Shown one piece after another: positions 1-9,138 of a DNA stretch of 64,000 nucleotides. Both the position numbers and the translations under genes were made by a program. This DNA is from a virus (Duplodnaviria; Caudoviricetes). Where the stretch lies: the IMG/VR virus record IMGVR_UViG_3300023435_000009; one strand, given 5' to 3'. Below the pieces are notes generated by a model. That model searched no databases, was not told where the DNA came from, and saw only the letters and a list, made by a program, of their open reading frames with translations. Numbering within the stretch: the stretch's first letter is position 1; the number at the start of each line of letters is the position of its first letter.

Positions 1-2
1 CA

Positions 3-284
3 GAGCCTGTGGCCGAGGCAGTAGTTGTAGAACCAGACCCCCTTGTGGAAGTGCCCCCTGTGGGGCCTACGTCGCTTGTGGACGAGCTTCTACCAGAGAC
101 TGGTGTGGTGGCTTCGGGTGAGGCTATCCTGCCTCCTACGGTGTCCGCTGAGTCCGCTGAGGTGTTCCTGGAGACCTTGACGATGAATGACGCCAGGAAG
201 GAACCCCCACCACCCCCCACTGGGAGGATGGCAATCCCCGAAGAGAATCTTTTAGATCTTCTTGCAGAATTTGAGGCTCCATAG
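3..284 (+). CDS. 3' end of a gene truncated by the window edge; acidic, Pro-rich C-terminus
   Basis: Open frame from base 3 to TAG at 282-284; low-complexity E/P/V-rich tail; same strand as the downstream operon. Confidence 0.5.
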   Translation, partial: EPVAEAVVVEPDPLVEVPPVGPTSLVDELLPETGVVASGEAILPPTVSAESAEVFLETLTMNDARKEPPPPPTGRMAIPEENLLDLLAEFEAP

Positions 285-319
285 AGTCCCTTTTTAATCC
301 CGTTCGGGTAGAAGATGAT

Positions 320-351
320 GACGGAACCTGTCTAGTAGACCTTGTTCCGTC
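320..351 (+). promoter_or_regulatory. Stem-loop in the leader of the SSB-like gene
   Basis: gACGGAAC...GTTCCGTc outer stem with inner GTCTA-g-TAGAC stem, about 20 nt upstream of the RBS (gggagg) and ATG. Confidence 0.3.
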
Positions 352-372
352 CATACAACAGCCGGGAGGCAA

Positions 373-1113
373 ATGATGAGCGACGGTACATTCAGTTTTG
401 GTCAGAACGACGACCACATCGGTTTCAAGACGAAGGCTTGGAAAGCGCAGGGTGGCAACACCTACCGTCTCTCCTTTGCCTGGTGGAGCCAGAACGAGGC
501 GGGAGAGCCCGATCTGGGAGAGGCGGACAGTGGGCAGGCCCCGCTGTTTTCGGGTGGACCCGTCAATTTCATCCAGGGTGCCGGGTACGTGATGAACAGG
601 GGGCCAGAGTACACGAAGATGGCTGGTGAGCCCCCCCGCCAGCGTATCGTGACCGTCGTCATCGTGTGGCCGACCGACAAGCGGGGTGCTCTGTCCTCGG
701 AGCGCCTCCAGGCCGGTGAGTACGAGGTTAAGCCCTGGGTCATTTCCGCCGACAAGTACAAGACGCTGGAGCAGATCCACGCCGAGTTCGGTTTCGGTGA
801 GCACGACGTTACTGCCAAGTGCGAAGAGGGTGGCACGCAGTTCCAGAAGATGACGTTCACCCCCTGCAAGGAGAATCTTTACCGTCAGTTCCTGACATCC
901 CCCAAGGGAGCGAAGGTGGCGGGCGAGATCAAGGAGGCCGTGGCGGGCCTCGTGGCGAACGTCCAGGACTTCATTGGGCGTGAAATGACGATCTCGCAGC
1001 TTCGGGAGAAGCTCCAGGGTGCTGGTGGGGCACCCGCCCCCCTCGACGTCGGGGACAATGCTGTCGCCTCCGGGGACATCGAGAGCGTGGTGAGCGGTCT
1101 CCTGGACGACTAA
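373..1113 (+). CDS. Putative phage single-stranded DNA-binding protein
   Basis: 246 aa, aromatic-rich beta-type core, acidic C-terminal tail (DIESVVSGLLDD), located immediately before the resolvase and recA. Confidence 0.5.
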   Translation: MMSDGTFSFGQNDDHIGFKTKAWKAQGGNTYRLSFAWWSQNEAGEPDLGEADSGQAPLFSGGPVNFIQGAGYVMNRGPEYTKMAGEPPRQRIVTVVIVWPTDKRGALSSERLQAGEYEVKPWVISADKYKTLEQIHAEFGFGEHDVTAKCEEGGTQFQKMTFTPCKENLYRQFLTSPKGAKVAGEIKEAVAGLVANVQDFIGREMTISQLREKLQGAGGAPAPLDVGDNAVASGDIESVVSGLLDD

Positions 1114-1131
1114 TTCAGGGAGGGGACGGGG

Positions 1132-1797
1132 ATGCGAGTTTTGGGGTTTGACCCAAGTCTTACGAATTTTGGGTGGGCCATCCATGACTCGGACACCCCT
1201 GAGGGCTCGACTGCTAGATGTCTGAGTCGGGGACGTTTTCAAACTAGCGCCAAGACGCTCTTCATCGACCGCTACTGCGAGTTGAGGGAGAGCGTCAGGC
1301 TGCTGGTTGAGCGGTGTGGGGTGACCTATGGGATCACCCTCGTCAGTTTGGAGTACCCCGTTTTCCACGAGATGTATAGTGAGGGACTGTATGGGCTGTT
1401 CCTGTACGTTTGTGAAGCGCTGCGAGCGGCACAGGTCGACGTGGTGTTCTTCTCCCCTGGGCAGATCAAGTCCCATTGTCACACCTTCCTCCAACGCCCC
1501 AAAGGCTGGAAGATGATGAAACCGGACATGGTAGAGGGGGCCAAGCTGGACGCCGGTGGGAAGGGTCGCTGGAACCATAATGAGGCCGATGCCTATTGGG
1601 CAGCGAGGGCTGGTGCCCGTTTCTGGTCGTTCTACAAGGGGGTCCTGAAGGAAAGCGATCTGACCCCCAAAGAACTGAAGCAGTTTACGGAGATCCACAC
1701 CTACCAGCGGGGCAAGAGGGCGGGTCAGACGGTAGTGCGGGGCATTTGTCACCGTGAGGATGAGCGTTTTTTCCTTTGGTCTAAGGGAGTCAACTGA
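1132..1797 (+). CDS. ruvC: RuvC-like Holliday junction resolvase
   Basis: N-terminal VLGFDPSLTNFGWA, central SLEYP, C-terminal HNEADAYWAA: RNase H-fold acidic residues. Confidence 0.8.
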   Translation: MRVLGFDPSLTNFGWAIHDSDTPEGSTARCLSRGRFQTSAKTLFIDRYCELRESVRLLVERCGVTYGITLVSLEYPVFHEMYSEGLYGLFLYVCEALRAAQVDVVFFSPGQIKSHCHTFLQRPKGWKMMKPDMVEGAKLDAGGKGRWNHNEADAYWAARAGARFWSFYKGVLKESDLTPKELKQFTEIHTYQRGKRAGQTVVRGICHREDERFFLWSKGVN

Positions 1798-3086
1798 TGG
1801 CACGGAAAAAGAAAGATACAGCGACGGGGAAAGTCCCGGAGAAGGATGTAGGGCTGTCAGCATTGGCACAGGCTCGTAGCGTCATGAACAAGGTGTTCCC
1901 AGACGAGAAGTCTTCTGAGGTACGGATTGATGAGGCTCGTTTCACACAGTCGCACCCACATCTTCCGACCGGGTCAGTTATTATCGACTTCCTGATCGGT
2001 GGTGTCCCCAACCGGGCGGGCGTGTTGCCGTGTCCGGGGTTCCCTCGTGGACGACTCATCAACCTCTACGGGGCCGAGACCTCGGGAAAAACGACGATGG
2101 CACTGACTGTCGCAGCCGAGACATGTAGGCGGGGAGGGTGTGTCGGTTTTATCGACTGGGAGCACGCCATCGATGTGGCCTATGCTAAGTCGCTGGGCGT
2201 CCCCATCGATGAACCCGACCGCTTCCTGCTCCTCCAGCCAGAGACCCTGGAGAAGGGCCTGGCCTACCTCTGGGGGATGGTCAAGGCGGGTGTGGATCTG
2301 GTCATTATTGACTCGGTGGCGGCTGGGGCCACGACGGCACAGTGGGACCAGAAGCTCGAAGACAAGGGTGAGATCGGACGGGTTGGGGCCAAGGCAGCCA
2401 AGTGGTCCGAGTACCTCCCGCAGCTTAAGGCGATGATGGCCCGCACGAATACCTGCGTGGTTGGTATCTCCCAGCTTCGTTCCAAGATCAACACTGGCGG
2501 CGGTGGTGGTTTCAACAAGGGGCCGCAGACGACCCAGCAGGGTGGTTACGCCTGGAAGTTCTACAGTGAGGTGCGTCTCGGATTGAGAAGGATAGCGACA
2601 GAGAAAGGGAAGCGGTACGATCCGATGACCCACACCAACATCGAAGTTCCTGTGGCCAATGTCGTTTTGGCCAAGATTGACAAGTGTAAGGTTTCCGCTT
2701 CACAGGGCCGGGAGGCCAAATTCTATCTCGTGTTTGGGGAGGGGATCGATGATGTCCGCTCCATGATCGACCTTTCCGCCAAGCGGGGGTTGGTTAAGAA
2801 GGCGGGTTCCTGGTACTCCTGGGAGCGGGCAGATGGTTCTTCCCTGCGGGCGCAGGGAATAGACGGTTTCAAGGATCTCATTAGGACCACCCCTGGTGCC
2901 TGGGAGGAGATACACACGTTGGCCCTCCAGTCACTGAACGCCAGCCCTGATGCTCCGATTGGGATCGGGGACGATTTCAACGAGGATGACGAATCTGAGA
3001 CCATCCGTGAGGTCATGGCTATCGTGGATGGTCAGGATCCGACGAAGAAGCCCGAGGTACCTAGTGCCGAAGAGGTAGAAGACTGA
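1797..3086 (+). CDS. recA: RecA recombinase
   Basis: GRLINLYGAETSGKTT Walker A, FIDWEHAID, VDLVIIDSVAA Walker B, ISQLRSKI, GGYAWKFYSEVRL, KKAGSWYS. Confidence 0.95.
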   Translation: MARKKKDTATGKVPEKDVGLSALAQARSVMNKVFPDEKSSEVRIDEARFTQSHPHLPTGSVIIDFLIGGVPNRAGVLPCPGFPRGRLINLYGAETSGKTTMALTVAAETCRRGGCVGFIDWEHAIDVAYAKSLGVPIDEPDRFLLLQPETLEKGLAYLWGMVKAGVDLVIIDSVAAGATTAQWDQKLEDKGEIGRVGAKAAKWSEYLPQLKAMMARTNTCVVGISQLRSKINTGGGGGFNKGPQTTQQGGYAWKFYSEVRLGLRRIATEKGKRYDPMTHTNIEVPVANVVLAKIDKCKVSASQGREAKFYLVFGEGIDDVRSMIDLSAKRGLVKKAGSWYSWERADGSSLRAQGIDGFKDLIRTTPGAWEEIHTLALQSLNASPDAPIGIGDDFNEDDESETIREVMAIVDGQDPTKKPEVPSAEEVED

Positions 3087-4306
3087 TGTCCGTCAAGATC
3101 CGAGTCCAGAACTTCCAGTCGCTGGTAGATGTGTCCATTGAGGTGGACCATCTGACTGTGGTGACCGGAGCGAACAACACTGGGAAGTCCTCTCTTATGC
3201 GGGCGATCCGAGCAGCCTTCCAGAATCTGAGGGGGACCAGCTTCATCCGGCACGGGGAAACCAAGGCTCGTGTGGACATCGAGTTTGACGATGGGCGCAC
3301 CTTGGCCTGGGAGAAGGGGAGGGCTCGGGGGGACAAACCGACCTACATTATAGATGGGGGGGATCCAATCTATCCCGGTCAAGGTGTCCCTCCTGAGGTA
3401 GCAGCGTTCGGGGTGTGCCCTATCACAGCAGCCAACCGAGAGATTTGGCCCCAGGTGGCACCCCAGTTTACGGGTCAGGTTTTCCTGCTGGATTTGCCTG
3501 GTTCTGTGATGGCAGAGGCTGTTGCCGACGTAGAGCGGGTCCGACAACTCAATGACGCTTTGCGCCTTGCTACGTCTGACAAACGTTCGGCCTCATCCGA
3601 GTTGGGTGTCCGCCGGGGGGACCACGAGAGGCTGACTATAGAGTTGGATCGCTTCGATGGTCTGGATGAGTTGGCTACGGAGGTAACCAGCCTTGAGGAG
3701 AGCGCCCAACTCGCCCAGCGGATAGAGGTTGCCCTTGAGTCCTTGTTCGGGCTGAGAGATCGATTGGTAGAGGCATCCACTGCGGTGTCAGATCTTTCGG
3801 GGATCGAGGACGTCACCCCTCCCGAGGACGCTGCTTTCACTACGGTGGATCTGTTGCATCGGCAGTTGCAGGGTTGTGTGCATCTTCAGGAACGGTTGAA
3901 CGAGGCGTCTACCGCTGTGGACTCTCTTTCGGGGATCGAGGCTGTGGCACCCCCCGAGACTGATGCCTTTGACACGGTGGCGTTACTTCAGGAAGAGCTG
4001 CGGGGTCATAAGCTGCTCAGGGATCGGCGGGTGGGGGCACAGGAAGGGGTGGCCTCCCTGGAGGGTGTTGAAGACGTTACCGTGGATGTAGACCCAGCTA
4101 AGGCGACACGGTTAGTAGAGGCTCTCCAGACGGCCAAGGATTTCCAGACCCGTCTGATCAAGGTGCGGGTTCAGATCGAGACCTTGGAGCAAGTGCTGAG
4201 TGAGGATGAGGCTGATGAGGCCGAGTTGACCAAGGAACTGCTGGAGACTCTCGGGACAATTGGGGCGTGTCCTGTTTGTGGATCCATTAATCACCAGGAG
4301 CACTAG
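3086..4306 (+). CDS. sbcC: SbcC/Rad50-like ATPase, N-terminal half ending at the Zn hook
   Basis: KIRVQNFQS, VVTGANNTGKSS Walker A, Q-loop region (VAPQFTGQVFLL), coiled coil, terminal CPVC at 4268-4279; no Walker B or signature motif in this ORF. Confidence 0.8.
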   Translation: MSVKIRVQNFQSLVDVSIEVDHLTVVTGANNTGKSSLMRAIRAAFQNLRGTSFIRHGETKARVDIEFDDGRTLAWEKGRARGDKPTYIIDGGDPIYPGQGVPPEVAAFGVCPITAANREIWPQVAPQFTGQVFLLDLPGSVMAEAVADVERVRQLNDALRLATSDKRSASSELGVRRGDHERLTIELDRFDGLDELATEVTSLEESAQLAQRIEVALESLFGLRDRLVEASTAVSDLSGIEDVTPPEDAAFTTVDLLHRQLQGCVHLQERLNEASTAVDSLSGIEAVAPPETDAFDTVALLQEELRGHKLLRDRRVGAQEGVASLEGVEDVTVDVDPAKATRLVEALQTAKDFQTRLIKVRVQIETLEQVLSEDEADEAELTKELLETLGTIGACPVCGSINHQEH

Positions 4307-4307
4307 A

Positions 4308-5375
4308 ATGGCCGTTTCACTTGTGTGGCGCACGGACGCCCATCTGGCGGATCAGCCCCCTCAGTCCCGTATTGATGACTGGGCTGATACTATCCTCAAC
4401 AAGCTCGTCCAGGTGGGAGATATTGCCAGACAGGCCGGTGCCTCTGCAGTGCTGGATGGTGGTGATCTTTTTCATGTTAAGAGTCCGTCCCGGACCAGCC
4501 ACGAGTTGATACAGCGGGTCACGGAGATCCATCGGGTTTACCCCTGTCCGACTCTGGGCATTGTGGGCAACCACGACGTGAAGTACGGAGACATACGGTT
4601 TCTGTCAGAGGCTCCTTTGGGGGTGCTGTTCAAGTCCCAGATCATCCAGCCCTGTTATGACCCGTTGGAGGTGTACTTCGGACAGTCCGATAAGAGTAGC
4701 CCCACGGTGAGAGCTTTTCTCTTCGACCGGGCAGGTACAGGTTGGGTCCAGGGTAGCCCCTTCGTCCCAGGTAGGACCGAACCTGTCGTGCGGGTGGTGG
4801 GCATCCCCTTCCATGGTACCCAGTATGACTTTGCTCGTTTCACTTCGATCATCAAGGGGGAGGAGGATTTCCTGGTCGTGATGGTCCATTGCCTGGCCAG
4901 CCAGCGTGGTGGGACCATGTTCGAGGCTGAGGACATCATTAAGTATGAGGAGCTTGCTTCTCTTGACCCTGATGTTTTCTGTTTCGGCCACTGGCATAAG
5001 GACCAGGGTGTGAAGGAGATTGCCAAGGGAAAGTGGGTCGTCAACACGGGGAGCCTTTCCCGTGGTTCCCTGAGCCAGGACGACCTGGAGCGCACCCCCA
5101 GTTGTGTGGTCCTCGGGTTCGACCAGGACGGGAAGATAACCCACGAGGTGAAGCCTCTGAAGGTGGCTCCTTCCGCTGAGGTGTTCGACCTCGTTGGTCG
5201 TGTCCGGCAGGAAGCCCGCAAGATGACGGTGGATGCCCTAGTTGACAGCCTCCACAGCGCCCTGGCTGTCCGTCAGGTCACTTCTCTCCTGGATGACGTG
5301 AGGGCACTCCCAGACGTGCCAGAGTTGGTGAAGGAACGTACCCTGGCTTACCTGGAGCAAACTGGAGCGAAGTGA
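4308..5375 (+). CDS. sbcD: SbcD/Mre11-like metallophosphoesterase nuclease
   Basis: TDAHL, DGGDLFH, VGNHD, MVH, FGHWH motifs; ATG at 4308 right after the sbcC-N stop. Confidence 0.85.
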   Translation: MAVSLVWRTDAHLADQPPQSRIDDWADTILNKLVQVGDIARQAGASAVLDGGDLFHVKSPSRTSHELIQRVTEIHRVYPCPTLGIVGNHDVKYGDIRFLSEAPLGVLFKSQIIQPCYDPLEVYFGQSDKSSPTVRAFLFDRAGTGWVQGSPFVPGRTEPVVRVVGIPFHGTQYDFARFTSIIKGEEDFLVVMVHCLASQRGGTMFEAEDIIKYEELASLDPDVFCFGHWHKDQGVKEIAKGKWVVNTGSLSRGSLSQDDLERTPSCVVLGFDQDGKITHEVKPLKVAPSAEVFDLVGRVRQEARKMTVDALVDSLHSALAVRQVTSLLDDVRALPDVPELVKERTLAYLEQTGAK

Positions 5376-5881
5376 CCGTCAAGACCTTCACCTTTGGAAA
5401 CGACCCCATCCCGAAGCGACCGACCAAACCGCTGTACATCGAGCTTGTTCCCTTTACAGCGTGGGCGGAGAACGTTCGTACCAAGTGCCCACGCTCCATG
5501 TGGGACCGATTCCGCCGGATGTGTTATCGCCGGGCGGAGTACCGTTGCGAGATCTGTGGTGAGTCAGGGAAGGACCAGGGTAGAGATTGGCCCGTAGAGT
5601 GCCATGAGGTCTGGAGCTACAACGAGGATCTCAGGATCCAGAAGCTCGTGGGCCTCGTTGCCCTGTGTCCTTTGTGTCACGAAGTTAAACATGCAGGACG
5701 GACGGCGAAGCTGGACGGTCCGAAAGGCATTGCCAGAATCTTGACACGCCTTCAGCGGCTCAACGACTGGACCGAGGATCAGGCGGGTGCCCACTTCAAG
5801 GAAGCTTTCCGTGTGTGGAACGTCCAGTCGCAGTGGGACTGGACCCTCGACCTGACTTTCCTAGACTCCGCAGCCCCCTGA
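5372..5881 (+). CDS. HNH-family endonuclease
   Basis: YRCEICG...VECHEVW...LVALCPLCHEVKH zinc/HNH pattern. Confidence 0.7.
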   Translation: MTVKTFTFGNDPIPKRPTKPLYIELVPFTAWAENVRTKCPRSMWDRFRRMCYRRAEYRCEICGESGKDQGRDWPVECHEVWSYNEDLRIQKLVGLVALCPLCHEVKHAGRTAKLDGPKGIARILTRLQRLNDWTEDQAGAHFKEAFRVWNVQSQWDWTLDLTFLDSAAP

Positions 5882-5916
5882 GGATCATCTCACCCGACTC
5901 CCGAGTAGTCTCAGTG
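5882..5916 (+). promoter_or_regulatory. Putative phage promoter GGATCATC-N13-GAGTAG, copy 1
   Basis: Same bipartite motif and spacing occurs at 6144 and 8153; each copy is followed by an RBS and a start codon. Confidence 0.45.
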
Positions 5917-5935
5917 TAAAGCCTACGAGGAGAGC

Positions 5936-6259
5936 GTGATGCCTAAGCCCACCCGTTTCCCGATTAACATCAAATGGTCAGAAATGCTCATGGACGAGCC
6001 GGGTGCAGTGACGGGCCGGTACCTCATCGTGGAGGATGGCAAAGCCATCAAGTGTCTGACGTGCGGGATGACATCTTGGAATCCCAACGACGTCAAGGAA
6101 CGGCACTGTGGCAAATGCCACGTGTTCCACGACGACCCAAAGTGGATCATCCTCCGGTTCGTCCGAGTAGACTGTGTAGGAGGTGCTCTATGGGTGAGAT
6201 CGTCATTCTTATGGGACCGCCGGGCAGTGGGAGATGTCCTTAGATGTGGGGTGCTTTAA
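5936..6259 (+). CDS. Small Zn-ribbon hypothetical protein
   Basis: CLTCGMTSWNPNDVKERHCGKCHVFH (CxxC...CxxC); RBS gaggag. Confidence 0.55.
   Translation: MMPKPTRFPINIKWSEMLMDEPGAVTGRYLIVEDGKAIKCLTCGMTSWNPNDVKERHCGKCHVFHDDPKWIILRFVRVDCVGGALWVRSSFLWDRRAVGDVLRCGVL
6144..6176 (+). promoter_or_regulatory. Putative phage promoter GGATCATC-N13-GAGTAG, copy 2
   Basis: GGATCATC 6144-6151, GAGTAG 6165-6170, then aggagg RBS and ATG at 6190. Confidence 0.45.
6190..6243 (+). pseudogene. Remnant N-terminus of a P-loop kinase
   Basis: MGEIVILMGPPGSG followed by RCP-stop; strong RBS and promoter motif upstream; abuts an inverted endonuclease gene. Confidence 0.35.
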
Positions 6260-6768
6260 TCGGAAAGGTTTTCCAGGTAAGCAACCACACGACGCAAATC
6301 ATCGAGATTGGCGTTGCTTTTAATTGTGTTTGCCTTGTAGGAAATCACCCTCACATTTTCTTTTGTGTATCCTTTACTGGGGACGATTCGGTCCAGCGAA
6401 ATTGAATTGGGGCCACAATGACCGTCATTTATAACGAGCAACAGACCAAGGACAGGGCATCTTTTTGGGATCGTTATGTCGTTGACACACAGATTGAAGG
6501 GGATGTTTTTCTTTCGAGCACGGGTCCGGGCTAGCTGGAGGAGGTATCTTGCAGGATGTTTTCTGTTTTGTTCCCTTTTGTATGCTCGGATTTGTTCAGG
6601 TCTGTTCCTTATGCTTTTTTGTGCTCTTTCAATGGCATGTTTCGGATCAGCCCAATAGGTTTTTTGGGAGTGTTCCTGGCAGCGCCTGCAACTTTTAACA
6701 GGGGAACCCTGAGAGTTGTAAAATTCTACCTTTGGTTTAGTCTGTTTACAGCGGCTACATTGTTGCAT
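6256..6768 (-). CDS. Free-standing HNH/EndoVII-like homing endonuclease
   Basis: N-terminal CSRC...CRRC; CPVLG...SLDRIVPSKGYTKENVRVISYKANTIK; AT-rich and inverted relative to neighbours. Confidence 0.7.
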   Translation of the reverse strand: MQQCSRCKQTKPKVEFYNSQGSPVKSCRRCQEHSQKTYWADPKHAIERAQKSIRNRPEQIRAYKREQNRKHPARYLLQLARTRARKKNIPFNLCVNDITIPKRCPVLGLLLVINDGHCGPNSISLDRIVPSKGYTKENVRVISYKANTIKSNANLDDLRRVVAYLENLSD

Positions 6769-6896
6769 TCAGGGTTCCTCCTGGGGAAAGTCCATCACCC
6801 AAAAAGGTTACACCATAAAGGAACTATTGTCGTTTTGGGTAGCCTGGAGGGTAGTGGGGTCTTGTGGGATTAGTTTCAGACCCCAATCGAGGTGTG

Positions 6897-7226
6897 ATGA
6901 AAAAGCAACTGGCCATCGTTGGTCCTCTGCAACCGGACGGCAGTACGCCGGTCACCCGGATGCGTGAGGGGGATGACGGTGAGACCGAGTACACCACGGG
7001 ACAGATAGTTCCGGCTGAGGACGGCAAAGCGATCCCACTGGGGGCTGAACTCATCTCGCTGAGTCCTTGTGGGGGGACGCCTTTCCACGAGGTGGAGGTG
7101 GTGCATTCCATGAGGGAGTCTGGGACCAAGTGGTCGAAGGGGCCATCCAAGGTTGCGTCCGACGCTTACCGTGATGGCTGGGAGAACATTTTTGGGCGGA
7201 AGCCTCGCCCGGAGGACTTGAACTGA
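6897..7226 (+). CDS. Hypothetical protein
   Basis: RBS gaggtg, GC3-rich codons, coupled to the next gene (TGATG). Confidence 0.6.
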   Translation: MKKQLAIVGPLQPDGSTPVTRMREGDDGETEYTTGQIVPAEDGKAIPLGAELISLSPCGGTPFHEVEVVHSMRESGTKWSKGPSKVASDAYRDGWENIFGRKPRPEDLN

Positions 7227-7417
7227 TGGTAGACATTTCACGAGATGATGTCAGGATTAGAGGCGACGAGATCGTGGATGGGGTGGTGCATCGGAGGTGT
7301 CCGAAGTGCCACAAGTTGCTCCCCCTGGATGCCTTCGGGATGCGTCGGATGGCGGGGCAGGGGAAGGGTGGTGTGGATCTGCTCACCAACCAGTCCCGTT
7401 GTAGGGGTTGCAGATGA
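7226..7417 (+). CDS. Small Zn-finger hypothetical protein
   Basis: CPKC...CRGC; coupled overlaps at both ends. Confidence 0.55.
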   Translation: MVDISRDDVRIRGDEIVDGVVHRRCPKCHKLLPLDAFGMRRMAGQGKGGVDLLTNQSRCRGCR

Positions 7418-7812
7418 ACCGTGAAGCAGAGTTGGCCCACTACCTTGAGAAGCACATGGTGCCCTACGACGAGTGGGCAACGTGCGGGGCGGACCCCGAG
7501 GCCGTCAGGATGGCCCAGGAGGGGACGGACGAGGGGTACCCGATCGCCCTTGCCAAGCATCCTATAATGGGCTTCTTCGTGATAGCCTCTGGCCAGGGTC
7601 CATATGTGGCGTGGCCTGACGACGAGGAGATACACAAACGCAGGAAAGCCGCCGAGAAGTTGAAGTCGGTCCAGCAGCAATTCGATTCTGCCGGGGACTA
7701 TCGGGACTGGGACGCCTGCAACCGCCTGGAAGATGAGAGGGACGCTCTGGTCCTGGATGCCCAGGGGAAGCGTGATTTCTACCTGGACGTTAAGATCGGG
7801 GGCACGGACTGA
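7414..7812 (+). CDS. Hypothetical protein
   Basis: ATGA overlap with the previous gene; native codon usage. Confidence 0.6.
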   Translation: MNREAELAHYLEKHMVPYDEWATCGADPEAVRMAQEGTDEGYPIALAKHPIMGFFVIASGQGPYVAWPDDEEIHKRRKAAEKLKSVQQQFDSAGDYRDWDACNRLEDERDALVLDAQGKRDFYLDVKIGGTD

Positions 7813-7813
7813 G

Positions 7814-8152
7814 ATGATTGAGCCTTTCTACTATCTTAACTCTCGTAACGGGATGGTCGCCCTCTCCATAGACGAGGGCGAGACGATGATGCTCCCCTCG
7901 GGGAAGGTGATGTCGGTTCGTCCCGATGTGTGGGATCTAGAACCGGAAGACCTGGAGGATGATCTGTCCCCCAAGCAGCAGGCGTTCCTGGCACACCACA
8001 ATGAGAAGCCCCCTATGGACTACATCGAGCAGCTTGCCTGGAAGCTCCGCAAGGGCCGACTGGCTGTTGCCAAGGATTTTGCACAGGCCCCGGAACCCCG
8101 TAAAAAGCCCCCCGTTTCAGCGATGGTCGTGAAGTCCGACTTCAAGGATTAG
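7814..8152 (+). CDS. Hypothetical protein
   Basis: ATG 1 nt after the previous stop; native codon usage. Confidence 0.55.
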   Translation: MIEPFYYLNSRNGMVALSIDEGETMMLPSGKVMSVRPDVWDLEPEDLEDDLSPKQQAFLAHHNEKPPMDYIEQLAWKLRKGRLAVAKDFAQAPEPRKKPPVSAMVVKSDFKD

Positions 8153-8186
8153 GGATCATCTGACGCTATCCTGGAGTAGAACAGTG
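8153..8186 (+). promoter_or_regulatory. Putative phage promoter GGATCATC-N13-GAGTAG, copy 3
   Basis: GGATCATC 8153-8160, GAGTAG 8174-8179, then gaggagg RBS and ATG 8198. Confidence 0.45.
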
Positions 8187-8197
8187 AGGAGGCCGAG

Positions 8198-8971
8198 ATG
8201 AAGCGTAAGGACAGAGCATACACACCCGAAGAGGTGTTTTCGGTGGTTCGTGCCACCGAGGAGAGCCGAACCAAGGCAAAGGTGCTGGTGGATTTCGACG
8301 GGGATCTTATCAAGGTCACCTCCTTGAGACTCCAGCTTTTCGCTTCCTCCGGGGTGACCTGCGTCAAGTGTGGCCTACATGGTCAGTACCTGTACAAGGA
8401 GCGGCACTCCCCGACAGGTCGGTACCACCTCAATCTCTATGGGGTACAGCCTGATGGGACAGAAGTGTTGATGACCAAGGACCACATCGTGCCTGTGTCC
8501 CGAGGCGGCAAAAACTACCTGGGCAACCTCCAGGTCATGTGCGCCCTTTGTAATGAGGCAAAGGCAGATGGTCGGACTTTGGATCCACCCCCCGAGGACG
8601 TTAACATGTCCAAGAGGTTGACCAGTCCGTTTAGGGTTGATGGGGTGAGATACAGGTGGCGGCTGATGGGGCGACGCCATTTCATTGGGCAGGCCAAACC
8701 GACCCCTTACTTGATTGTGCGGGTTTGTGCGGAGGAGCCGGGGGCGATCCTACGGTGTAGGCTCATCCCCAGGCATGCTGACGTCTTGGGGGATGCCAAG
8801 ATCACGGTGTCAACCGAGGACGTTGAGAGGGTCATCCGCCATGCTCTGGAGAAGGGGTGGTTGCCCTACGAAAGCGGTCCCGTGTGTTGTCCCCCTCATG
8901 GGGACATTGGGATGGCCATGTACTACATAGGCACAGAGGTACCTGAGGAGGCAACGTGGATCGGAGACTAA
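8198..8971 (+). CDS. HNH endonuclease with an additional C-terminal domain
   Basis: CVKCG...MTKDHIVPVSRGGKNYLGNLQVMCALCNEAK, a classic HNH motif. Confidence 0.75.
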   Translation: MKRKDRAYTPEEVFSVVRATEESRTKAKVLVDFDGDLIKVTSLRLQLFASSGVTCVKCGLHGQYLYKERHSPTGRYHLNLYGVQPDGTEVLMTKDHIVPVSRGGKNYLGNLQVMCALCNEAKADGRTLDPPPEDVNMSKRLTSPFRVDGVRYRWRLMGRRHFIGQAKPTPYLIVRVCAEEPGAILRCRLIPRHADVLGDAKITVSTEDVERVIRHALEKGWLPYESGPVCCPPHGDIGMAMYYIGTEVPEEATWIGD

Positions 8972-9138
8972 CCCGAGAGCAACTTCAGGAGATCCTGGCT
9001 GGGATGAAGCCCGGCACCTGTTTCACCCCGAATAAGGTGGGGAACTTGGCGGTGACAGACCCAGCCGGTGCCTATCTGGGGTACATCGATTTCAGGACCG
9101 GAGAGGTTGGCCTTTTCGAGGAGGCTCAGGGTGGCTGA
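8956..9138 (+). CDS. Small hypothetical protein
   Basis: Fills the gap between HNH and nucleotidyltransferase genes with short overlaps; RBS gaggagg. Confidence 0.5.
   Translation: MDRRLTREQLQEILAGMKPGTCFTPNKVGNLAVTDPAGAYLGYIDFRTGEVGLFEEAQGG

Noticed and set aside
136-1869. 577-aa minus-strand ORF, and similar long antisense ORFs at 9092-10021, 28521-29480, 39843-41303, 56151-57092 and 57894-59057
   Set aside because: They are shadows of GC3-biased plus-strand genes: no recognisable motifs, no RBS, and full overlap with well-supported genes.
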